Shown: piece after piece, positions 19,145 to 27,285 of the stretch | How positions within the stretch are numbered: the stretch's first letter is position 1 | Layout of the letters: every line of letters starts with the position of its first letter | Origin: Candidatus Hermodarchaeota archaeon | Lineage (GTDB): Archaea > Asgardarchaeota > Lokiarchaeia > Sigyniarchaeales > SOKP01 | Assembly (NCBI GenBank): GCA_048885925.1 | Contig: JBHLLG010000015.1 | Span: forward strand, 1-27,285 | DNA: 27,285 nt | Direction: 5' to 3' | Program-made: the position numbers and the translations under genes | The notes under the pieces: generated by a model | Databases searched by the model: none | What the model was told of the DNA's origin: nothing | Seen by the model: the letters and a program-made list of their open reading frames with translations, nothing else

Positions 19145-19801
19145 TTGACTGAAATTGGCTTCATTCCACTTACTAGTCAACTGGGAGTACCTGGTACTAG
19201 TTATAGGCTTCAATTAGGCTTAATTAACGAAAAGTGGGCTGTACGTATGCTCAAAGGGAAAGATCTAATAGACTCCTATATTTTTAAGGATGAAGACGTT
19301 GAGGGTGATTTTCCTAACCAAAATATTATTGTGGGTTGGGTTCTTAGAACGGTGGCAATACCGAATATTAATCCACATCAAGTAATGAAAACAACTCAAG
19401 CTCTTGTTAAGCAAGCACTCCAGAAAAGAGAAGAAAAGAAAGTAGTAGCACCCATATCAGAGACTAAAGAAGTTGAGTTAGAAAAGGTTCCAGAAAGTGA
19501 ATTGAAAAGAGTTAAAGCTCAAGGTTGGGTAAAACAAGAAGGAATGAAAACACAAGAAGAACTTGAGGAAGAACGTAGGCGAGCATTTAAAGAGAGAGTT
19601 ATCGCCAAAAAAGAAGAGGAACCTTTTGTACCTACATCAACTATAACTATAAAAACAACTAGAAATCTACCATCTATTCCTTCGATAGGAGAAACTGTAA
19701 AAGTACAAGTCAGTTCAGAAGGTGAATTTTGTCCTTTTTGCGGTAAAGATTTAGGATTTAAATTTTGTCCATATTGTGGTAAACCTCTGCCACATGATTA
19801 A
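19145..19801 (+). CDS. Hypothetical protein with C-terminal double zinc ribbon
   Basis: FCPFCGKDLGFKFCPYCGKPL at the C-terminus, charged linker, globular N-terminal domain; TTG start. Confidence 0.8.
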   Translation: MTEIGFIPLTSQLGVPGTSYRLQLGLINEKWAVRMLKGKDLIDSYIFKDEDVEGDFPNQNIIVGWVLRTVAIPNINPHQVMKTTQALVKQALQKREEKKVVAPISETKEVELEKVPESELKRVKAQGWVKQEGMKTQEELEEERRRAFKERVIAKKEEEPFVPTSTITIKTTRNLPSIPSIGETVKVQVSSEGEFCPFCGKDLGFKFCPYCGKPLPHD

Positions 19802-20023
19802 TTATCCAATAGTATTATTTTATTTTTAGCTTAAAATTTTATTTATTTTAGTTTAAATGGTACTTTAATTGACTATTTTGAAATTCAAAATTTAAAAAAA
19901 AAATAGAATGTTTTAAAGAAATAAATTTAATTTCTAATATTTTATTCAAATATTTATTTAAAACCAATTAAATTATATATATATCATTAACAAACTATAT
20001 TTTAACTTTTAATAAATATAACC

Positions 20024-21508
20024 GTGATACGATTGACTTCTGACAAGGTAGTTATTATCAAACCAAATGCGTATTATAAAATGCTACTGCATATCCTTCG
20101 ATTTGGCAATAAAGTGAGAGATCGAAAACAGTTCCGTGAATGTATGGGTATAATCATAGGATATCTTGAGGGTGAACCCGATAGAAAGGGAATTAGAGAT
20201 GTGATCATAGAAGATGCAATACCTATCTCTCATGGTGGTGCAATTGAAGTAGCTTTTGCTCCTGAAGATTATGTTACTTTTTCTATGGTAGATGAGGAAT
20301 ATGCTGAAAAAGGTTGGTTTAGTTGTGGCTGGTATCATTCACATCCCGGATTGGATATATTCTTCTCATCAACAGATATTAGAAATCAGTTAGGGTGGCA
20401 AACTCCAAATCCCAGTGCTGTTGGTCTTGTTTTTGATCATACATTTTTAGAAAAGCCTGGAGATTTAGGATTTCGTACTTTTCGATTGGATAATCCTGTT
20501 AAGGGGCAAATGTCTGATTACCATGAAGTTAAAGCGATTGTAGAGCCTCCAGATAATATTGAATTTTATATAAAATTAATGGAATTAATTAATAGTGTTC
20601 ATTCTAAGGAACCTCCAATTTTAGAAATAAATGAATTGCCTGATTTTTTTGTAGATGTTGCTTTTCCTAGTGAAAGTCAAATTTTTTCGAAGACTCCAAA
20701 ATTAGATTCACAAGGAATCCTTAATACGTTAAAGGAGGGAATATCGAATTTTATAGAGCAATCATTTGATCCATTACTTACTTTTCTTAATTCCTGGAGT
20801 GAAAGTTTAACTAAGAATAGTGTTGAGAAAAATATACAAATGAGAAAAGATATAATTACAATAAAGGATAACCTTAGTCAAGGAATTTCTAATTTACAAA
20901 AAGATTTCAAATTTGCATTAAAGGAGAAATTGAATGAATTAGATACATATATTGATGATAAATTCGAAGAATTTGATTCAGATCAAGAATATCTAGTAAA
21001 GTCAATTGATCAAATTAAAATTGAGCTTGAGGAACAATTTAATGTACTTTTTAAAGAAAAACTTAAGGAAAGTATTGATAATATTGTAGATCAATATAAC
21101 AAACTTATAGAAAGTCTTAAAAAAATTAAGGACCAAAGTCTTAAATCTTCTGAATCTTTAACTCAACAAATTCCGATTTTAGATAGATTGCTAAAAATTA
21201 CTAATTCTTTAGGAAATGTAATTCTAAATCAAGTAAATACAAAATCTGAAGAAGAAGTTGACAAATTCACAAAAATTGCTAATAAAATAATAGGAAATTT
21301 GATAAATTTAAATAAAGAAAATAAGAGTTTTCTATCAGATTTAAAAGCAGCAATAATATTATTAGAGAGCTCAAAAACTCCATTACAGAATAAAATAGAA
21401 TCGCAAAATGTCGAAATTAAAAATCTTCAAAAAGAAATATCAAGATTAAACAAAGAAAATCAAGAATTATTAGAAAAAATACAGCAATTTGAAAAAAAGG
21501 GGGAGTGA
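20024..21508 (+). CDS. MPN+/JAMM metalloprotease with long C-terminal coiled coil
   Basis: RECMG (Glu), GWYHSHPGLDIFFSSTD (intact HxH-x7-S-x2-D), about 270 aa helical/coiled-coil tail; GTG start. Confidence 0.9.
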   Translation: MIRLTSDKVVIIKPNAYYKMLLHILRFGNKVRDRKQFRECMGIIIGYLEGEPDRKGIRDVIIEDAIPISHGGAIEVAFAPEDYVTFSMVDEEYAEKGWFSCGWYHSHPGLDIFFSSTDIRNQLGWQTPNPSAVGLVFDHTFLEKPGDLGFRTFRLDNPVKGQMSDYHEVKAIVEPPDNIEFYIKLMELINSVHSKEPPILEINELPDFFVDVAFPSESQIFSKTPKLDSQGILNTLKEGISNFIEQSFDPLLTFLNSWSESLTKNSVEKNIQMRKDIITIKDNLSQGISNLQKDFKFALKEKLNELDTYIDDKFEEFDSDQEYLVKSIDQIKIELEEQFNVLFKEKLKESIDNIVDQYNKLIESLKKIKDQSLKSSESLTQQIPILDRLLKITNSLGNVILNQVNTKSEEEVDKFTKIANKIIGNLINLNKENKSFLSDLKAAIILLESSKTPLQNKIESQNVEIKNLQKEISRLNKENQELLEKIQQFEKKGE

Positions 21509-21514
21509 GGATTA

Positions 21515-22915
21515 ATGGTTAAAAATAAATCAAATGAAGATTCAGAGGGAAAAATAGTAAATAATAAAGGCAAATCTGAAAAAGGAGAAATTTTCATTAA
21601 GAAGGAAGCTTTCAGAAATATGTTTACTCACGTTTTACGGTTTGGAAATAATGCATTGGAAAAAAGTATAGAAGTGTTAGGTATTTGTATAGGAAAATAC
21701 TATATTACTGATAATAAAATAGTAATAGAAAATGCTATACCTTTAATTCACGGAGATAAAGTAGAAATTGGATTTGATAAAGAAATATATGAGTTATTTG
21801 AACAAATAAAAAGGAAATATCCTTATGATTTAGTTGGATATTATCATTCCCATCCCTCCTGGGGATTGTATCTCAGCGAGAGTGATTTAAAGAATTTACA
21901 GTATTTTCAACGAGATGACTTCCCATATGGTTTTGGGATTGTATTTGATCATACACTTATGGGTAAAGAGGGTAATTGGGGATTTGACATTTATAGATTG
22001 GATGATTATTCCAAAGCTGAAACGTATCATTCAGTATCGTTTGAAATTGAAATCCCCTCCTCCTTAGAATATTTTAAATGGGTTCAAAAATTTGTAGAGG
22101 ATTTTCAGAAAAAAGATCCTATCCTTATTAAAGAAATTAATGAATTTGTAGAACCAATTCCTGAAGACTTGCAAGAAATTCCCATATCCGAAGAAATACC
22201 ATTAATTGAAGAACAACAAGAAAGATCACCCCAAATTGCCCCGATTATTTCAGGAATTGAACAAGGAATAGAAAAATTTTCTAATATTTTCACAGATATT
22301 ATTGAAAATCAAATGAAAGTATGGATTAACGACATAAATCAAGGAACCTCTAAAGGAACTGAATATATTAGTAAAGCAGTAAGTAAAATGAAAGATGCAA
22401 TGAATTCTGGCCTTTTAAAAGTCGATAATTGGTTCAAGAAAACTTTAAATGAAACTGTTAATGATTTTAAACGAAATCTTTATAAATCCGTCGATAAGCG
22501 AATTGGAAGTAATAAAGATCTTGTAAAAGAGATATCTAATATGAAAAATGATTTTATGATAGCCTTAAGCAATTTAATCGAGGATAATATTAAAAACATC
22601 AATAATGAAACTCAACCTTTAATGACATCATTATCAGAAGATTTACAAGAAAATATTCAAACCCAATTAAAAATCCAAGAAACAATAACTGATCTTAAAT
22701 CAAATATAGTAGCAATAGATAGCCAAATTAGTTCACAAGCTCAAGATCTTGAAAAAAAGATGGAATTCTCAACAACACAATTACAGAAAATTATAGATGA
22801 AAAAATTGAAAAATTAAGCACGGAATTGCAACCATTTAAAGAGTATAACTCAGAAATAAAAATCTTACTTGAAAAACTTCAAAAAGTTATTACAGGTTTT
22901 AGAAATTTAAGTTAA
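21515..22915 (+). CDS. MPN+/JAMM metalloprotease with long C-terminal coiled coil (tandem paralogue)
   Basis: IEVLG, GYYHSHPSWGLYLSESD intact, FDH..GF.IYRLDD shared with the upstream gene; GGAGTGAGG SD; 6-bp gap to the upstream gene. Confidence 0.9.
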   Translation: MVKNKSNEDSEGKIVNNKGKSEKGEIFIKKEAFRNMFTHVLRFGNNALEKSIEVLGICIGKYYITDNKIVIENAIPLIHGDKVEIGFDKEIYELFEQIKRKYPYDLVGYYHSHPSWGLYLSESDLKNLQYFQRDDFPYGFGIVFDHTLMGKEGNWGFDIYRLDDYSKAETYHSVSFEIEIPSSLEYFKWVQKFVEDFQKKDPILIKEINEFVEPIPEDLQEIPISEEIPLIEEQQERSPQIAPIISGIEQGIEKFSNIFTDIIENQMKVWINDINQGTSKGTEYISKAVSKMKDAMNSGLLKVDNWFKKTLNETVNDFKRNLYKSVDKRIGSNKDLVKEISNMKNDFMIALSNLIEDNIKNINNETQPLMTSLSEDLQENIQTQLKIQETITDLKSNIVAIDSQISSQAQDLEKKMEFSTTQLQKIIDEKIEKLSTELQPFKEYNSEIKILLEKLQKVITGFRNLS

Positions 22916-22921
22916 TTAATT

Positions 22922-23200
22922 TCAAAAGAATTTTAAATTTGAGACATTTGAAATTTGTAATTTATATTTAGGAATATTAGTGTTTAATCTCTTTAATTCA
23001 TTCATTTTAGCAATTTTACTCAAAACCCTACCAATTTTATCTACTTTTATATCGATTCCGAACGACTCCTTGAGAACTGCATTAATCTTATAAGATGATA
23101 AGATCACTGTTTTAGAAATATTTCTTTCTGCAAGTAGTTCAATAGCTTTTTTAACCAATTGGATTAAGCTTTCTCTATTTTCAACTTTTTTTTTTTCCAT
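22922..23200 (-). CDS. Small basic protein, possible winged-helix DNA-binding domain
   Basis: Lys-rich 92 aa; LSSYKINAVLKESFGIDIKVDKIGRVLSKIAKMNEL...PKYKL has a wHTH-like pattern. Confidence 0.6.
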   Translation of the reverse strand: MEKKKVENRESLIQLVKKAIELLAERNISKTVILSSYKINAVLKESFGIDIKVDKIGRVLSKIAKMNELKRLNTNIPKYKLQISNVSNLKFF

Positions 23201-23497
23201 TTTTACAATAGTGAAATAAACTAAATATAATTAAAATTATATCTGAAAACTTTTAAAATTTTCATTAAGAATTAAAAATATTATAATTATTTATTCAGAA
23301 CTAAGAAGTTATAATTCTTATTTTGGAACTAAGATTCAGAAAAAGAACCTTCAAGATATTCTTAAGCAAAGAAGAGAAGTAGAGAAAAGTCTTGATGAAT
23401 AGTTGTTAAAGTATATCTAAAAAGAATAATACATCTTTTATGAAATTTTAAAAATTCTTATATACAACATATAATTATAATATTTTTAAGTTATATA

Positions 23498-25945
23498 ATG
23501 TCTGATAAGCAATCTAATTCTTCAAAAAAATCAAATAATTCAAAATTAGAAGCTAAGAAAAAGCGAGAGAAGTTAAAGCTGTCCAATACGTCTAAACCAA
23601 GAAAAAGTGGCTCAAGTAGAGGGTCAAAAAGCCGTTTCTCAAGGCAAGGTAAAAAGAATGGTGCTTTTAAAGCAAAATTGAAATCAATTTATAATAAACT
23701 CATCTATAAAGAACTTGCATATCTAGATGGCAAAGAGCCTGCCAAATCATACTCTTATGAAAAGAAATTTTATGGATTGTATGGAATTTTTATCCTATAT
23801 TCCTTACTTTTAATCACAGCTATTAATCTTCCAGGAAGTAAATGGGTCAACATATTGATGTTTGGAAACCCTTTTGTGTTTTCCAATACAATTGTAGCTT
23901 TTTTTCTAGTCTTATCATTTTTATTTAGTATAGATAAATTTCGAATCTTTATTTTTGAAAAAAAATCTGCATTAAAACAATTAATACTATATTGCGGACT
24001 TATCGCATTGTTATATACTCTTCTCTTATATATTTCCACCGATATTAATTTTATGACTTACTTATTGACGTTAGCCATGATCTGGTTAATTTTATTGAGT
24101 AGTAGATTTTATCTTTATTCGAGAAAATTCTCGACAAAGATAGAAGCACGATTTATTAAAAAATATTCAATTCCACGATATTTTTTTGCTATAATCACAC
24201 CATTCTTTATCCTAGGTGTCTTAGTAATAATCTCTTTATTTTTTAGAAGTCTTTTGGTATGGTTATCACTAGATTTTTTTGGAAATGTTGATCCTCAAAG
24301 TGCAGTCGGTGTTTATAATCTTGAAATGAATGTAATCATGCCGTTAATCTATTTTAGTTTAGTAATGACGCTTGTTTTTATCATTTTTGAATTTGTTTTT
24401 ACCCGTAGGAGAGCTGAAACGAGAAGAGCTGGAACTTTTGATAATTTTACTTTTTCATTGGTTGTTTTCTTTATTTTTTTCTTTCAACTTTTACAAATAG
24501 GTATTTTTATGTTATTACAAGATGATACTATTACGGCATTCAAGGCAACGATAGGCGCAACTGGTTCAGCGGTTTCATATATATTTATTTTTGAATTTAT
24601 TATATCAATGTATTTCCTATACAGAATTATACGGAAAATGGGAAAAACTCTTGGTTGGCGTATCCTTTTCTTTAAAAAAGACGGATTGATTCTACTATGT
24701 TTAGGGTGTGTACTAGCTCAAACTTTAACACGATTTTCACTTACAAATGAAATAAATTATCAGGTAATTACAGATATTGGGATTATATTAATGGCAGATA
24801 AGTATATTATCTCAGTTCTAATGATTTTTTTCTTAGGATGTACCTTATTGATATATTATCTAAAACCGCATGAAACCTCGATGTTTATGAGACTACAGAA
24901 AGAAACTGTTGCTAAAGAAGAAGAAAATATGGATAAAGTTTATAAGATCATTAGAAGTGAATATATTAGGAGGGGAGAAGCTTATCCCATCGAAATAATT
25001 GAACGTGAATTAATTAAGGCAACTCATTTATCAAAAGGGAATGTACATTCTCTTCTTGAGCAACTAGCAAAAATGGACATGAATATAGAACTAACATGGG
25101 ATAAAAAGGACATTGGAAAGCCAAAAAAAATGATAGATTTTGTATCTGTAACTGAACGTTTTGAGAGGAAAGGAATTGCTGAACAAAAAGCTAGAAGATA
25201 TCTAAGTGAACGATTATATAAAACCGCAACCGAAAAGAAAAGTAAAACCAGTAGATTGGGTAAAATCAAAGAAGAAAGTAAGCCTACAGATTATTTAGTA
25301 TCTTCACTTAGTGCTGGTTATGATAAAAAAGAAAGGGATAGAGAAATTTATCAACAAAGATTAAAAGAAACTCAAATTTCCTTTACGAATGACAAGATTA
25401 AGGAAGATTTAATAATTCGAATTATACCAATTATTAAAAAGGAATATATGTATCGAATAGAAAATCCTGAAAAAATACCATTTTTTTATATTCCAATATC
25501 TGAAATTTCAGCCCAAATTGAGCAAACTACGAAGATTAATCCTGGAGAATTGTATCAATTATTAAAACATCTTAATAAAAATGATTTGGAATTTAATTTA
25601 ATTGATAATCCAGAGGACCCAAATGATAAGATAATTCAATTCCTCCCATTTTCAGATGATAATATGATTTATTCACTAGCAGCATTTAGACCTGAAGAAT
25701 ATTCTGAGTTTAGGATTATAGTTACTAAAAATTTCCTTAAGGCTTTAAAAACGAAAAAAGAAAAAAGAATAATTTTTCAATTAAGAAAAGAAATTCAAGA
25801 GCAAACTGAAAACCAGAAATCTTGGCTTGATTTATTAAATAGCTTGTATAAGTATTATCCTCTATATATCGAACAATTAAGTCAGATTCCAAATAAACAG
25901 AAACTCTTAACGCGGTTAGATAGGTGGAAAAAAGTTTTTACCTGA
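23498..25945 (+). CDS. Polytopic membrane protein (about 10 TM) with basic N-tail and duplicated wHTH-like soluble C-terminal domains
   Basis: K/S/R-rich first 60 aa, hydrophobic aa ~90-455, soluble ~360-aa C-terminus with an internal repeat. Confidence 0.8.
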   Translation: MSDKQSNSSKKSNNSKLEAKKKREKLKLSNTSKPRKSGSSRGSKSRFSRQGKKNGAFKAKLKSIYNKLIYKELAYLDGKEPAKSYSYEKKFYGLYGIFILYSLLLITAINLPGSKWVNILMFGNPFVFSNTIVAFFLVLSFLFSIDKFRIFIFEKKSALKQLILYCGLIALLYTLLLYISTDINFMTYLLTLAMIWLILLSSRFYLYSRKFSTKIEARFIKKYSIPRYFFAIITPFFILGVLVIISLFFRSLLVWLSLDFFGNVDPQSAVGVYNLEMNVIMPLIYFSLVMTLVFIIFEFVFTRRRAETRRAGTFDNFTFSLVVFFIFFFQLLQIGIFMLLQDDTITAFKATIGATGSAVSYIFIFEFIISMYFLYRIIRKMGKTLGWRILFFKKDGLILLCLGCVLAQTLTRFSLTNEINYQVITDIGIILMADKYIISVLMIFFLGCTLLIYYLKPHETSMFMRLQKETVAKEEENMDKVYKIIRSEYIRRGEAYPIEIIERELIKATHLSKGNVHSLLEQLAKMDMNIELTWDKKDIGKPKKMIDFVSVTERFERKGIAEQKARRYLSERLYKTATEKKSKTSRLGKIKEESKPTDYLVSSLSAGYDKKERDREIYQQRLKETQISFTNDKIKEDLIIRIIPIIKKEYMYRIENPEKIPFFYIPISEISAQIEQTTKINPGELYQLLKHLNKNDLEFNLIDNPEDPNDKIIQFLPFSDDNMIYSLAAFRPEEYSEFRIIVTKNFLKALKTKKEKRIIFQLRKEIQEQTENQKSWLDLLNSLYKYYPLYIEQLSQIPNKQKLLTRLDRWKKVFT

Positions 25946-26088
25946 TTAACTAAAAATAGTTGGCATAATTTTTACTTTTTCCAAATAAGTATTCAATTTT
26001 AAACATATTTGAATTTAAAACTAATATAATAGAAAGCTTTAGAATATAAACTTCTTTCTAATCTTTAAAAGAATATTTTCTTATTAAA

Positions 26089-27285
26089 ATGACAGATTCA
26101 TTTAGTAAAAAAAGGTATAAATCTCCTTTAAAAATTTTTACAGGGTTATCTTCTTTTGAAATGCTCGCGATGTTTAGAAGAGGTCTTTTCTATACGTTTT
26201 TATCAATTTATTTAAGAGAATTTTTGCAAATGTCAGTTTTTGAGACTACATTATACGCTACATTACCCATGATTGCCTCAGTAATATTTCAGAATTTCGT
26301 TTGGGGTCCATTTAGCGATAAATTTCAACGTCGCCGAACATTAATTATTTTAGGAGAGATTCTTGCGGGGATTGGAACTCTTACTATTTGGGCAATTCAT
26401 TTCTCATTTACTAATTTGTATTTTGCAGGATATGTAATTATTATTGGCCTAACTATCGTAGAAATGTTTTGGTCAATGTCTAATATAGCCTGGTCCGCCT
26501 TATTGAGTGATTTATATCCCTCAGAAGAAAGGAGCAAGATTATGGGCCAATTAACCAGTCTGGGCGGATTAGGACGCATTATTGGGATATTTATTGGCGG
26601 ATTCTTATATGATTCTGGTTTTGGATTTAGAAATGGATCTTTATTTTTTGTTGCCTCACTTGTTATGATAATCTCAACAATTCCAATGTTGATGACCCCT
26701 GAGGGTGGAATTGATTTGAAAAAACAAGAAGAAACAGGCTTATTAAAACAAAATGAGATTACTTACAAAAAACAAAAGAGTGTTCTAATTTTTATTGTGT
26801 TTGTTGTTGCTTTAATTTTTATTAATTTTGGCAGAAATTCTATTGCTGTACCTTATTCTCAATATCTTAGTCTAAACTCTGGATTTAACTTAAATAGTGT
26901 AATGTTAAGTTTTGTAGCAAATTCCCGTTCAGTAGCAGTTATGATAACTGGATTCACAGCAGGATTTTTAAGTAAAAAATTGGGTCATTCAAAGGCTTTA
27001 ATTTTTGGAACTATGCTTGGAATAATTGCATTATTAATTACAGCAACTACAATATATTTGGAGATTATATTTATAGGTAGCTTCTTAATTGGAGCAGCAG
27101 AAGTTATAATTACTGCTTCATCATATGCTATGGCTTCTGTCTTAATTCCAGCAAGAATCCGCGCAAAATTATTTGCAGTATATAATACTACTTTTTTTTT
27201 ATCTTGGGGCTCTGCAAGTACATTGATTGCTGGACCTCTAATCGATCTTTTAATAAAAAAAGGAAAAGGTGAAGTATTTGCATAC
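26089..27285 (+). CDS. MFS transporter; 3' end runs off the window
   Basis: Not in the ORF track; translated by hand from ATG 26089: MTDSFSKKRYKSPLKIFTGLSSFEMLAMFRRGLFY...WGPFSDKFQRRR (MFS motif A)...SALLSDLYPSEERSKIMG; open to the window end. Confidence 0.9.
   Translation, partial: MTDSFSKKRYKSPLKIFTGLSSFEMLAMFRRGLFYTFLSIYLREFLQMSVFETTLYATLPMIASVIFQNFVWGPFSDKFQRRRTLIILGEILAGIGTLTIWAIHFSFTNLYFAGYVIIIGLTIVEMFWSMSNIAWSALLSDLYPSEERSKIMGQLTSLGGLGRIIGIFIGGFLYDSGFGFRNGSLFFVASLVMIISTIPMLMTPEGGIDLKKQEETGLLKQNEITYKKQKSVLIFIVFVVALIFINFGRNSIAVPYSQYLSLNSGFNLNSVMLSFVANSRSVAVMITGFTAGFLSKKLGHSKALIFGTMLGIIALLITATTIYLEIIFIGSFLIGAAEVIITASSYAMASVLIPARIRAKLFAVYNTTFFLSWGSASTLIAGPLIDLLIKKGKGEVFAY

Noticed and set aside
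5133-26579. Short track ORFs 5133-5360, 7121-7321, 8393-8632, 9865-10050, 13098-13328, 13499-13768, 14363-14572, 14729-14917, 17110-17325, 20084-20338, 22105-22293, 23770-24039, 25024-25269, 26397-26579
   Set aside because: Antisense shadows of longer, well-supported genes, with no motifs.
1-27285. CRISPR array, tRNA/rRNA genes, transposase or integrase
   Set aside because: None seen. There is no spaced repeat array or GC-rich structured RNA tract, and the only repeats are coding repeats.

Overview
AT-rich, gene-dense archaeal window. It is very likely from an Asgard (Lokiarchaeia-like) genome, inferred from its tandem roadblock, longin/uDENN-like, SIR2-TPR, Loki-type 7TM and multiple MPN/JAMM-coiled-coil proteins. 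It holds about 24 CDSs: lipid-handling genes (DedA/VTT, GDPD, PAP2), metabolic enzymes, a ChlI/ChlD-type AAA+-vWA protein, and three JAMM-family genes. No rRNA, tRNA, CRISPR array or transposase was seen. The main finding is that one JAMM gene (17894-18881, minus strand), split in the ORF track, is interrupted inside its catalytic motif by a 31-nt insert (18539-18569). The insert folds into a near-canonical bulge-helix-bulge (BHB) substrate of the archaeal tRNA-splicing endonuclease. Cutting at the canonical BHB positions removes an in-frame stop, restores the frame and rebuilds an exact HxH-x7-S-x2-D motif. This is a candidate mRNA intron in an Asgard Rpn11/CSN5-like protease gene. Other oddities are an orphan duplicate 3' end of the DedA gene, an alpha/beta hydrolase lacking its nucleophile Ser, and a SIR2-TPR protein.
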